Below are positions 26,346 through 38,899 of a stretch of DNA of 64,000 nucleotides, piece by piece; within the stretch, counting starts at the first letter, position 1, and every line of letters starts with the position of its first letter. The stretch lies in assembly GCA_039621445.1 (NCBI GenBank), contig CP154954.1, positions 21,898,954 through 21,962,953 on the forward strand. The letters run 5' to 3'. The DNA is from Euglena gracilis. Lineage: Eukaryota. Made by a program: the position numbers and the translations under genes. Under the pieces are notes generated by a model. That model did no database searches and had not been told where the DNA came from. It saw only the letters and a list, made by a program, of their open reading frames with translations.

Positions 26346-29300
26346 CTGTCCCATCGGAGTCGAAAATGTATTGCACTTTGGGCGTGGCCTTTTGCTGCTG
26401 ACTGGACTGCGAGTCGGACAGCTGCGCTGTCAAGATGAAAATCTTTGGCGATTCCGCTTGTGCGGTAGCCGGGTACAGCTTTAAATTTGTTGAACTCGTA
26501 AAAGTTGATCTGGGACTTATAGTCCTGCTTGAATTTGGCCAGATGGTCTTCATTTTCTGGTAAACCCCCCCCCCAAAATAAGACCCGGGTCTTATTTTTG
26601 GGTCCGTTGCTGGAAACCTCCCGGGGGGGTCTTTTTTTTGGGGGGGTCTTATTTTTGGACTTTTTCTTGACCGACCCGGGCCCGAAAAAAACATCATTTT
26701 TCAGGTTCCTAAAAACACTAAAAATTTTCCTTCGGCGCTTCGCGCCATGTTTAAATTCGTGTAAGTTGACATTTAGCATGTTTTTTTACTTCAAGAATCT
26801 AAAATTTTTTGAAATTTATTCATTTTTGTGTGTGAAATTTGGGTTTTTGGCAATTTCTCAGGGAAAATTTACACCGTCCCCGGCGCTTCGCGCCGTCAGG
26901 GGGGGGGGTCTTATTTATGGGGGGGTCTTATTTTTGGATTTTTGCTCGGTCGGCCCAGGATGGGTCTTATTTTTGGGGGGGGTCTTATTTTTGTGGGGGG
27001 TCTTATTTTGGGGGGGGGGTTATGACTCTAGTCATACCGCCAGTGGCAGGTAACCAGAATTCTGCCTGTAGGCAGTTGATGCAACGGACAGGTATGTCCT
27101 TATCATAATCATTTTCCGTCCAGCGAAATTGTCCATATTGGACCATGTCAGTAGGCAATCGCCACAAACCAATGCTGCGCAATTGCGCACATATGCATCA
27201 TGGCGGAAGCTTATGCTATCCGGGTTGCGTGTGCAGATATGCACTGCTGGCATGTCGTTCCGTAGCCTATGGCATGCTGTACATAACGACAATAGTGGAT
27301 CATTGTCCTGGAAATCCAGGACAAAATTTCCTCCAAAATATTGGGCTAATACCCTTGGAGATTTCGCATTCCAAAAACGCCAAGTGTGGCTGGTTTTGAA
27401 AATACCGGGTTGATCCCGGTGGAACAAGGGCTTGATCCACTTGTTCAGCCAGGGGTCACTGCTATTGCGGATCATATTCATCCTAGCCTGGCGAGTGTTG
27501 AGGGGGTCTACTCTGGAAAATACTTCCTTAGTCCGATATGGCTCGTTGGCCTCATGAGGGACATTTCATCTTATCGATCTGATTGTGGGTTTGCGCTTAG
27601 CGCCTTCCGAGGTTGCAGCCACATAGCTGGCCATTGGTATTGTGGGCCTATGGCCTGTGCCAGAGCCATCTCCACCAGGAGATGGTGGCTCATCATCCCG
27701 CCGCTTTTCAGCTGGCTTGCAGCCTTCGGCTGAGGGTTTAGCCTTAGGCTTTTTATGTTTGCCATATCGGCGTTCTTCCCGAGGGTCTGCCGGAGGCAGT
27801 GGTCTTTCCGCCGTTGGCGGTTTCGGGGCTGCCGGTTTGGCAGGAGGTGGTTGCATTTCCGCCGTTGGCGGTGCTGGTGCAGCTGGTTTAGCTGCTGGGA
27901 CATCCAACTCCATTGGAGTTGTCACCGCAGCCTGTACGGCTGTTGAGCTGGTATCAGCAGCAGGAACCCGTTGGGTTTCTGGTGGGGATGCGGCAGGTGA
28001 GCCGCCAGGAGTCAGCACTGCCGATACTGCGGACATCGCCGCTGTCAAACCCTGTAGCACACCACCTAAAACACCTGTAGGTATTGTTGGTGATGCGACA
28101 GGTTCTGTCGGGGTTGGTGCCATTGGCACTGCGGGTAATGAGAGGGGCGGTACCGGAGGTACCGGTGGCCGTTCTGCCTCGGATGCAGGAGATTCAGATT
28201 CGGAGCTGACATCTCCTTCAGGAGGAAGGAGTGTCCCGGAGCCCATTGGGGCTGGTGGAAGAGCTGGATGCTGCGGTTCATCAGCACATATTCTTCCAAG
28301 CCTTCCATGCGGTCTTCACCGCCCTCTCCACGCTCTCTTCACTGCCCTCCACCGTTTCTGGTGAAGCGGCAGGGGCTGTTGTCTGTTCCGCTATAGCGGT
28401 AGGCACAATGCCTGTTTGTGCAGTCGCGCTGGTGGGTACCGCAATGGCGGGCTGGGGAGAGGAGGTAGCGACAGAAGATCGACTCTCCTGAAGTCCCTTA
28501 GGGACAAAAGGTTCTGCTGTAGCCGGTAGGCTTGTACCGATGTAACGCCGACCACGCCCGAAGGCGCTTTGGTGGTGTTTCACCAGGAATTCCCTGGGGA
28601 ACTGGCGTTGCCGGTTGCGGCTGAGCTGTGACTGATGTTGCCGGTTGCGGCTGGGTTGAGGATTCCGATGGCGGAACTTCCGGAGCCGTTTGCGGCTTTG
28701 GGCGGGGTGCCTTTGGCACCTGTCGTTTCCGTAATCGGAAAAGATCCCATGTTTCTTTACTTATTCAACCATCCTGTGGTTGAAGCGCAGGAGAGGTACG
28801 GCCATGCCTAGCTCGTTCCGTCTTCCACCTTGGAAAAACGGCTGGAACAGCGCTCTATCGAGCGTATCGCCGAGTCGGCGTTTGACATCATCGTGAATGC
28901 TTTCCTTCTCGAACCGGGGCCTAATGGGAACATAGTCCGGGGGAATCTCCCTATCTGGATTGGGGTAATAATATATCTCCATGATCTGGCAGGTCCAAGC
29001 CCTGAACCAGAACTGCTGCAAATACAGCAGGAGTTGACGGTGGTTGCGTCGCCCATTGGAGCTTTGGTGAACATACTTTGGATTTCTGCAAAGGTGCAGG
29101 AGCACGATGCGCTTTGGCGCTGCCTGCGGTACATTGGCCTGTTGGCCATCCTCGTCCTGGACTTCGGCCTGTGGTTGAGTACTGCGTACTCCGAATCCCC
29201 AGAAGTCCACTGCAAACATTTCGTAGCAGTGAGAGCATCGGACGATATACGTCTGTGGGAAGCGGATATCAATATCGACCACTTCAAAGTGATAGGCATA

Positions 29301-31300
29301 TTGCCAGTGGTAAAAGACTTGCAGATTGCTGCAGAACATGTTTCCCGTCAATTTGGCGATATTTTCAGGTTGTGGGTAGAACTCCCACTCCAGGCCTTTT
29401 GTGCCTACACTGTGAATGCAGTCGAATAACTGCCGCAGCAAATCTTTACCTGTGTTGTATCGGTCTTCCCGACCACAATCCAGGTAAGGATAGCCACAGG
29501 AGTTCAGGAATCTGCCGAAATTTTGGGTGGGGTATCCCGCCCAGAACCAAACGTGCCAGAATCCCGGCAGACCGTCCAATATCGGACCGAGGATGGGATT
29601 GCCTTCAAAGGAATATAAAGTTCCATCATGGTGGAAATCACGATTTCGCTCCGTATAGAGCTGTCTGGTCACAGTCACGACGGGGGAGGCGACCAGGATT
29701 GGAAGGTTAAGTTCATTTTGGAACTTCCGCATGGCCTCGAATGCGAGGTCATGGATGCTCTGGATGTGCTCGAATAGAGCTTCCATGTCGTCCTCATAGA
29801 AGTTCCGGTATTGTCCTTTCTGGCCTTTGCCTTGGCCTTTTTGGCCTGCAGTAGGTGCTCGTTTGGGAGCACTTTTGGCTTTACCCTTGCCCGATCGGGC
29901 TTCCCATCGAACAATCTCTTCTCTAGCTTGTTTCCAAGCATGAGGACTGAGATTGGATGCAAAACGGGGGCCTAAAAATGCAGGATTCATATCGTTTGTT
30001 CGTCTAAGCAATTCCTGTGGGGCATAAGCCAGTTTGGGTGCTGGGTATGATGCAGGTTGATCCTGCATATCCGCCAATAGCGTTGGGTTATTGTCAGGGA
30101 GGGGTTCGCCTGTAGGCGGGTCGATGTTGGTAGGGTTGCGGACACGTTCGCGAGTATCGTCAAGAATTTTCTGTACTCGTGCACGCTCCGCAGCTTCACG
30201 CTCGATTTCTGCCCTGTGGGCTCTTTGGGCCCCCTCGGCTTGTTCGAGCTGTTGCTGGGTGGGTTCAGGAACAGGCAGTACCTCGGTGGTGGCCTGTTCG
30301 CCTGGAGGTACTGGTGTCTCCTGGGGTGGCGCCATTGGTGCTGTTACAGGCTGTGGCGCTGTTGGCGCTCCTACAGGCTGTGGCGCGATTGGCGCTGCTG
30401 CAGCTGTCGGCGCTGCTGCTTTTGCTGGCACCGGTCTGGGGGGTTGCGCCGTTGGCGCTGGCTTGGCCGGCGCGGCAAACGGTACGGGCACGGGAGGGGC
30501 TGCGGCCTGTTGGCCACCCGATGCCCGACGTTACTGTGCAGCGGTAGCCTGTCTGGCTGGGGCTGGGGCAGGGGCTGGGGGTTTCGGTCTCCACATTGGG
30601 GATGAAGGTTCTGGCCTACCTCGTTTCCCCAGGTCTGCTGGCCTGTACGGCTGTGATGCATATCTGCGTTCTGCAGACTGTGGGCCCTGGAGCTGTTCAA
30701 GGGATTGGTAGTACTGGATGGCTTGCTGAGGTGATGTGAAGCTGGGTTCTGGAAGGGGTTCATGTGCCGTTGGTACATCCTCTTCCACAGCCATACGGCC
30801 TTCGGCCTCGGCTTGCTCAACATCCTCAGCCCAGGGTCCAGGCTCCTGAGCCACCAGCATATCCCGTTGTACGGGTAACTGACTTCCAGCTTCCAGATGG
30901 GCTGGATATGGAAATGGAGGTAGTGCTGTTGACGGTTGCGTCGTTGGCTGATACGCATATTGCGTTGGGGGTTCCCGATATTCGGGTGGTGGTGGCCTTG
31001 GCATACGAGGAGGGGACTGGGTATCGCGAAAAATTCGCGATGGCCGCACCATTGGTGCTGGGATATCTCCCGCCTCGCTTTCCGCCACTGGGGGGCTATG
31101 CCCCCGCATGTATTCGGTGAATGCACCTGTGTGATGACGAATCCGCGGCATCGGCGGTACCTGGATGTCCAGTGTACGCATGCTGACATCAGGGGGATAT
31201 TCCCCAGGTATGAAGTACACTTTCCATGTCATCAGAGTTTGGCCACAAGTGCACCATTGTGCAATAGGCCCATTGGCCAGGCCACACTCAAGCACTGTCA
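26345..31300 (-). pseudogene. Large decayed, apparently intronless ORF of unknown function (Pro/Ala-rich linkers, Cys/His clusters)
   Basis: Colinear ORF pieces 30531-31295, 28761-30491 (576 aa), 28281-28719, 27566-28246, 27032-27481 and 26345-26560; motifs CSHC, CTACH, CGDC, CINC. Confidence 0.6.
26563..27020 (-). mobile_element. Tc1/mariner-type MITE, inverted copy of 23243-23667
   Basis: TA TSD at 26561-26562 and 27021-27022; removing it restores the frame ...ATGGMTRVI|PENEDHLAKFK. Confidence 0.85.
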
Positions 31301-31818
31301 GTGGAAGTGTAAGGCTGGCCTAACCGAACCAGGGACTTTGGCTCGATGCACGGCCAATGCCCAGGTTCAATGATTGGTTGGACACTCCCCACCGTTCCAG
31401 GAATGTTTCCTGAATTGTTGGAGTCAGGTCAAGGCTGTGTTGAGCCCTTTTTTTTGTTGGTTTGGATCAAAATCACGTTTTGGCTTTGTGGTTGGAATTT
31501 TTGACTCAGAATTGGATACCCTGTGAGACGTTTGGGTGGGGACAGGAATGCATCATTTTGTGACCGTGACTGTTTTTGGTCACACCCCAGATTGTGACTT
31601 GGTTTGATGAAATTTCCACTTTTAGTGTTTTTATCGTCAAAATGGCAATTTCAGTTTTGAGGAAGGATTTTTTAACCCATTGCCCTTCCCACACAGGTTG
31701 ACGGTGGGGGGGGACGACATTGTGAAGGCCCGTCCTTTGACACGTGTGAGATTTCAGCCGGTTTAGATATTACGGCCCAGGTTTGTGATTTTTTTTGTTT
31801 GGAGGCTGAAGCCGGTGT

Positions 31819-33447
31819 TGTTACCGTGGAGCCTGTCCCTGAGTTTCCTGTTTCTCGGGGCCGGCACCCCTTTGCGTAGGATCTTTTACCCTGCCCAGGG
31901 TGTTTTCAATTCCCCTCGCGGCTTGTTTTAAAATTTGCATTTTTCTTTGCTTTGAGGGTTTTTTGGGTGAAAACAGGTGGGTTGGTTGGCTGACACCTTT
32001 CCTTTGACAAAAAAAAAATCCACAAGCAATCCAGCAAGCAAATCCACAAATGCAACACAAGGCATCAACAGCACCAAACCAAAGTACGTAACGTCCAGGG
32101 TAAGAATGATAATTGATCCCAGATAATTCTTGAACAAACAAAATGACAGAGTGACAGACAGAGTCCTGCATAGGGACAGATGGAGTCAGTAATTTGTAAT
32201 TCCTAATAAGATTTTCATAATCCTAGCTGAGGAGTCATCAGGTTGGGTTTGGGTTGGGTTAGGTTATGTTGTTTTGGGAACTCAGCACCCCTGACTCACA
32301 CTCCCCTTCCCCAAGGAGTTGTTTACAACACTTCACGACTCCTACAGGAAGGGGTGCGGAGTGCACTCGTTGTGAGGAGGCGGCGAGTGAGGAGAGCGTT
32401 TTTGCTCGCCCCCCCCCCTCAGGGGGCTGTGCCGTTCAAGTTCGTTTTATGGCCAAGGTTGGGTCAAATGTTCTGCTTTGGGTAGTTGGGTCTGGCTGGT
32501 GTGTTGTCTCCCCCCAGCACGCCTAGGGCTGCTTGGCGTTGGAAGGGGGGCAGGCGCCGTTGTGAACCAAGCGCCCGCCGCGGTTAAAATTTTCAGGAAA
32601 TCCTTATTCCCAGGCCAGGTAAGTTGCTTTGTCACGGTCAGGGTCCTAAACAGCGTTTTCGGTTCGGTTAGACCATTCAGTGTCTGGGCTTGGTATCTGT
32701 TCGGTGGGGGGTGGGTCCAGCTGCGGTCTTCCAGCCCCCCCCCCCAGGCAAAGCGGTCAGGCTCCGGCCGGGGACGAATTTTTATAAAAATCAGGTGAAG
32801 GCTGGGTTTCGGTTAAAAATAAGGCTGGGTCAAGACAATGTTTTTTTTGTACTTTTGTATTTTTTTCTGGGGGGTAGGCTGGTTTGTGCGAGGTCAGGAG
32901 CTGTGGAGGGTCCTCGCCCCCCCCCCCCCAGGCCGGTCGCCTGGGATCGGCCAGGTCTGCGTTTTTGGGTCAAAGTCAGGTTCCCCTTCCACCGTTTGCC
33001 CAGTTTTGGCTGCCTGCTACGGTTGGGGTTGGGGGCGGTGATTTTTTTTTTACAGGTAGGCTGGCCAAGTCCAGGGGGGAAGGTTCGTTCTCCTCGGGGG
33101 GGTTCCAACCCACAACAACAACGATGAAGAATTGAAGAATGGATTGATTGGCAGAAGAGTGGCACTTGAGGTCAGTGAATTCGGGTTGGGTCGGGTCTTG
33201 TTCAGGTCCGTTGGGCTGGTTCGAATTGGGCTGGCCAGCGGTTCAGGTTCAGGTGGGCTGGCCAGGGGGGGGGGGGCTGACCAAGCCCGTTTTGTCGACT
33301 TGAGTCGGGCAGGTTTTGTCACAGGCGTGTAAGCTCAAGTCAGTCGAGGTTGGTATGGGTGGTAGGGTTGGGGTTGGCTTTGGGGTCGTTCGGGGTGTCG
33401 ACGTGAAGGTGTCTGTGAGGGGGCCCAGTGGTATGTGACATGTGTCA
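31819..33447 (-). mobile_element. 3' LTR of Gypsy element A (about 1.6 kb)
   Basis: Follows the chromodomain and a purine tract (minus GATGGGATGGAG); starts TG at 33447 or 33440 and ends GGTAACA. The last about 150 bp match 59107-59258. Confidence 0.65.
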
Positions 33448-33469
33448 CTCCATCCCATCAAGCAACTAT

Positions 33470-34900
33470 CTCACATCCACGGCGAAGTCTTGTTCTTTGC
33501 AGTATTGGAACACATCTTTGTTTGTTAGGAGTAAGAAGTGGTTCAGGGTTCCCACTGAGTATCAGACGGATTCCCGTTTTTCCACTGAATCAAAAATTGA
33601 AGTTTTCCGTCTTTTCTGCGGTGGTTCAGTACTTTTTCAGCCTCCCACTCGTCCGGTCCGACCTCCAACTCCTGTGCCTTGCCCGACCAAAAGTTGAGGG
33701 GGACAGGGGTTGTGTTGTAGAGGTCCTTCGCATGGGGTTTGAGTTGTGAGCGGTGGGCAGGTTGTCGGTTTCCGGGTCGAAGTTCCACCACGTAGGAGTG
33801 CTTTCCCACTCGTTCCAACACCACCGCAGGTCCTTTCCACTTCGGTTCGAGTTTTTCGGCACCAGGTTGTCTTTCGGGTTGATACCAGACTTTCGAGCCG
33901 ATTTCCAAGGCAGGTGGTTCTCTGCGTTTTTGGTTCACCGTTTCAGTCCGTTCACGCTGTTTTTCGTTCAGGACCAGACTCACCCTCTGGTCTTGTTCCT
34001 TCATCCTTTCCAAGAACGCTGTGGCCCCTTCCACTTCCCTTTGTGGTTGGTATGGTAATCCCGCCAACGGTCTGTGCCTGCCAAACACAATTTCGTACCG
34101 TGGCAATCCCATTTCACCTGGGACGTCGTGTAGGGCACTCAAGGCGTTCGGTAGGAGTTCAACCCAGGGTACCCTTTTTCAGCAGCCAGTTTTGCAAGTT
34201 TTCGGAGGACTTGTTGACCTGCTACCTCAGCCCGTGCGTTGGCTTGGTGGTGGTATGCCTGCCCGTATGCCACACGGACCCCGTGGGCAGCGCACAGCGT
34301 TTTCCACCAACCGGCTGTGAAATGGGAGCCCCGGTCGGAGCCCACCACCGAGGGTGTCCCAAAATTCCCTACTGTTTGTACATCTCCTTTCTGACCTTTT
34401 CTGCTGTGAGTCCTTTCGCCAGGTGGGGGGTTGCAACCAACCACCCACTTAGCCTGTCCACACACAACGCCAACGTGTCGTATTTCTTCCCTTCAAAGGC
34501 CTTTTCATGTAGTGAGAACAAATCGATGGCAACACTGTCCGTCAGGTGTGCAGGAATCGGTTTCGGTTCAATGGGGCACTTGCATGGTAGGTGGCTGGGT
34601 TCTGTTGCTTTGCAGGTTTCACACATGGTCATAATTTTGCCTGTCAGTCTATTTGCATCCCGGTGGTCCGCAAACGCAAACCACCTTCCCATCTGGTCCC
34701 ACAGTCGGGCAGACCCTGGGTGCCCGGCTGTTTTGTGATGTTCTCGAATTACATTTCCAGTCAATCCACTTGGTACACACAGGACACCGTTTTTTGTAGA
34801 GCCTGCCGTTGTCGAATCGGTACCCGTCAGGCCAGTTTTTCAACCCCGTTTCCTTCAGGTCCTTGAGCACAGGTCCCCACCTTGGGCAACTTTTGTACTC
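33470..34900 (-). pseudogene. Element A integrase plus chromodomain
   Basis: HKTAGHPG...CETCK zinc finger, VAIDLF, SDRGSHF, ARAE, KWKGPAVV (GPY/F-like), chromodomain EWEAEKVLNHRRKDGKLQFLIQWK...WEP. Confidence 0.9.
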
Positions 34901-35185
34901 GTTCTGCCACTCCCTGTCCATCATCTCTTTCGGTTCCCCCTGTTGAAGCTCCGGGGCGTGCACTCCCCGTGATGGAGGTCCAACGGGTGTCCGCATTGAG
35001 GATGACGCACCTTGCGCGTCCTGTTGTTTTGTTGAGTCTGTTGTTGTTAGGGGTTCCACAGGGTCCTCTTCCAGGGGTCTTCGGCTTGGTGGGTCTTACT
35101 CAGTGGATGGTCCCTCGGCCGTGTTTGGTTTTTCTGGGGTTTTGTTTTTTGGTTGGTCTGGTCGGATCAGGTTTCCTGCCTCATC

Positions 35186-35762
35186 CGTGGTCTCGGGAGA
35201 AGGAGACCTACGCAGTGGTCCTGGCCCTGCAACAATGGGCTTCCTGGATAGGAATGCAACCGGTACTGGTGTTGACGGACCACAAATCCATTGAGGCATG
35301 TGCAACGGAGGCACTGGACACCCCCAGTGGACAAGCTGGACGTAGGGCTAGGTGGCACGAACTGCTTTCGCGCTTCGACATAACCGTAGCATGCGTACCT
35401 GGCAAAGACAACACGGTCGCCGATGCCTTGAGTAGGTGGGCCTACCCCGCCTCACAGGCATTCGCCGACGTGAGTATCCACGGCAGTGAGGAGGACGACC
35501 GACTCAGGAAAGACATCATCAAACAGGAGGTAAAGGAACAGAAAACTTGTATGGTGATCAACGTGGCAGACCTGACACAGGCACAAAAACAGCTTCGAGA
35601 ACCCGTCACTGTGGCCGTCACAACAAGGGCGGGAGCCAAAACGGGGAAGATTCCCCCACAGTGCCTGGTTCAACGGAAAAAGGTAACACCCCTCAAAAAA
35701 ATTCAAAAACACCTCAAAAGCCTGCAAAACCGACAAAGAAATGGGTTGTGATAGGAGACCAC
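35186..35762 (+). pseudogene. Inverted RNase H segment of element A
   Basis: EKETYAVV, LTDHKS and PGKDNTVADALSR read on + while the rest of pol reads on -. Confidence 0.85.
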
Positions 35763-38010
35763 GAGCGAACCTGCCCAGGTGTCAGTTTTCGTGAACAGAA
35801 AGCTACAGGTACTGTTTTTTTGGTCATGGCTGTTGTCGGGTCTGGTTTTTCTGCAGTGTCCTCCGCAAGTTGTTCCAGAGCCGCACCTACGGCTCTGCCA
35901 CTTGCATCCACCCTGAGTATGAACGGTTTGTCTGGATTCACCGTTTGCAGTTTTCAGGCTTCCCAGCAGTTTTTCTTTGATGGTCTGGAAGGCTGTTCTT
36001 TCCTTTTCTCCGAAAAGCACAGGTGTCAGGCTTCCTTTCTTTCCTTGTCCCTTTTTCACTTTCAGTTTTTCCATTAGGTCTGCAGCCAATTCCGCGTACC
36101 CTGGGACATATGAGGCATAGTAGTCTGTGAATCACAGGAATGCCCGCAGGGCTGTGACCTTTTTTGATTCCTCCCATTTTTCCAAGGCCATCAGTTTCCC
36201 AGGTGCTGGTTTTCGTTGTCCACCGCCCAGCACGTGTCCACAGAATTCAAACTCTTTCACGAAAAATATTCATTTCTTGATGTCTGCCACGTGCTGCTGT
36301 TTTTTCAGTGCCTCCATCACCGGTTCAAGGAGGTCTCCAAAGCGACAGCACTCTTGGGTTTCAAGTTTGTCGTGGTCTAATGGTAAGAAAAACTAGCATC
36401 AGGAATGTTGGTTGCAAGAACTGACCACATCTAGATGGGTGCATTCGACCATTTTGGTGGACATGCTCCATGCCCTGGTGGCTGGCGGACCGGTAACGGA
36501 ACAACCGGGTGGACGAGATCCAGCGCGCGATGCAGCGGCTGGAGATCGCACGGACCCACACGGAGGGGGTGCCGTCCCCCCTGGACGGCGGCTCCTTCTC
36601 CGCTGGCCCCCTCCACGAGCGACCTGTTTGTTGTGCTGTGATTGCACAGCATGATCTGATGTCCTTGTCGTGATGTTCAAGGGTTTTGTCTTCTGACCCC
36701 TGCCACACGGTTCCTACGATTATGTCGTCCACGTAGGGGTTTGCAATGTCCTGTACCTCCTCCAGGCTGTACTCGATCACCTGCTGGAAAATCGGTACAC
36801 CGTTTTTCATTCCCATGACCACCACTCTCCACTGTTTTGTTCCCTTAGGTGTGCTGCAGCAGGTGTAGCGTTGGTACTCTGTTCTCAGTGGCACCTGATG
36901 GAACGCGTCTTTGAGGTCCAGTACACTGTACATGGCCCGTTGTCCTTGTTGAACTAGGATGTCTTCTATCCTATGGAGGGGATGGGCGTCTGTGAATGTT
37001 GCCTCGTTCAGTGCTCTGAAATCCACCTCCCCTCTCCATTTTCCACCTTATTTAGCCACCACGAACATGGGGCTGGACCAGTCACTCCTCCCATCTTCCA
37101 CTTTCAGGTCCCTAACCCATTCGTCCATCATGTCGATGAGTGCCTGTCGGCGTTCTCCTGTCATGTGGATGGGTCTTTGCTTTTTTGCCACTGTTCCAGG
37201 TTTCAGCTCGATTTTTCCAAAACCCAGTGGTCCGCGTTCTGGGTGGTCTGGGTAGATTTTGTCTCGCAAAACCACTCCTTCATAGTCCTGCCGCAGTTTT
37301 TTCACCAGTTCAGCCACCTTTTTGCCTTGTGTTTCATGTCCTTCTGGCACCACTACCACACCGTGAACCCTGTCAGATTTATTCGCCGATTTCTGAAGTT
37401 GTTTTGCCAGTGTTTCCAGCGTTGTTTCGTCTTCAAACAGTTTTTCCTCGTCCTGGCCCGCTTCAGCAGGAATCTGCAAATTCATTCCCCGCACTGCCGA
37501 AATGTTCTTCTGAAGTCGGTGTATTTTCCGTTCCAGGGGTTTCTGTTCCTTCAGCTTGTGCCAACTGGACAACAGCCGCAGTGGTTCACCTATGGTAGCT
37601 AATGATTGTAGGTGTGGGAAAATACCCAGTTGGTGTTGTTCCATCCACGGATACCCGAAGATGGCATCCACTTGGATGTCGGCGTCATGGAATGTTCCTA
37701 TGGTGGACAATTCCCTTATTCTGTCCGTGTTGTGCACTCGTGATGAAAACTGTAGTTCCAGTGTGACTTCGTGTAGGCCTCCTTCCATCCTTGTTCCGTC
37801 CGCTGTGATCAGATCCAAGAGTTTTTGCGAACGTCCAGATTTTGTTGGGGAAACAGGTTCTTTTTCACCAGGTTCGCCTGTGCTCCCGTGTCAATTAGAG
37901 CCTGTAGGAACATTTTTTTGCCGTCCGGCAACACAGCATGGACTTTGACGAGGAGTTGCTTTGCTTTCCTTCTGATGGCGACCTGCCCCAGCAGGAGTTC
38001 GGACACCGGT
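35763..38010 (-). pseudogene. Element A protease, reverse transcriptase and start of RNase H
   Basis: ALIDTGAQANL; WSSPMFVVAK, DFRALN, LDLKDAFHQV, YVDDII; FILRVDASG, PVAFCSRKL; frameshifts and a foreign insert of about 330 bp at about 36330-36655. Confidence 0.92.
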
Positions 38011-38214
38011 TCAAACAGTCGTTTTGGAAGCCGAATGTTTTGGTCAGGTTCTGTTTTGTCCGTATCAGAATCTGAGTTTGGCTGTCGACCTGTCTGTTCT
38101 GGGCTGGGCTGTGAGAGCATATTTTGTCGGGCAGTCTGGGCAGGGCTTGGCTGCTGCAGCGGTGTTTGCTGCGCGGCCTGGGCTTGGCTGCTTTGCCGTA
38201 GCCGTTCGTGGAAC

Positions 38215-38795
38215 CCCGCCAGGTCCTGAATCAGTTGCTCTGGGATCCTGAATGTTTTGTAGGCTGGAATGTTGTGTTTGTTGCTGAGTTTCACCAGGTG
38301 ACCTCCACCTGTTCGGGTCAAGGTTCTTGCAGGTTTTTCCGTCACACCGTTTTGCTGGTATCTGCAGGATGTCAGGGCTGCCCCAGATTCGTGTTGATTT
38401 TTTGTAACCCCAGTCTGTGTATTGACAGTAATTCACGTCAATGTACGGGTACGGTTTCATGTAATCTCGTTTTCCCAGGTATCTGTACCTTGGGTTTTCC
38501 AACCACCATTTTTGAGGCTGCAGAATTTCCACAATTTTGAGGGCTTTCTTTGCAAGGCTGTCTCCCTTTTCCAGGTTTCTGCGTCTTGTAGTCAGTGCAA
38601 TGCTGAATTCTGTGCATGGAACTCCACAAACCACCGTGTGGAATTCGCCAGGTTTGAAATTCTTTCTGAAGTCCCAGTCCGGTACGTCCACCTGGTAACC
38701 TGGGGTCTGAGTCAACCGTCACCACCTCAAGACCCATTTTTTCATACACCTTGCTGACCGATTTTGTTCCACAGAACAGGTCCAGCACTTTTGGT
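38215..38795 (-). pseudogene. C5-cytosine DNA methyltransferase domain in element A
   Basis: Motif I VLDLFCGTKS, motif IV GVPCTEFS, motif VI WWLENP, motif VIII YKKSTRIW, C-terminal FRIPEQL; split over three frames. Confidence 0.9.
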
Positions 38796-38899
38796 TTCAG
38801 TTTTTCTGCTTGTATCCCTTTCCTGAATCGTAGCCTTTCCCGTAATTCCGATTCCAGTTCTGGTTCCAGTTTTGAATTGAACCCCAGTTTTGACCTTTC

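Noticed and set aside
23243-27020. Composite transposon formed by the two inverted MITEs
   Set aside because: Each copy has its own TA TSD and sits in a different relic, so they are independent insertions.
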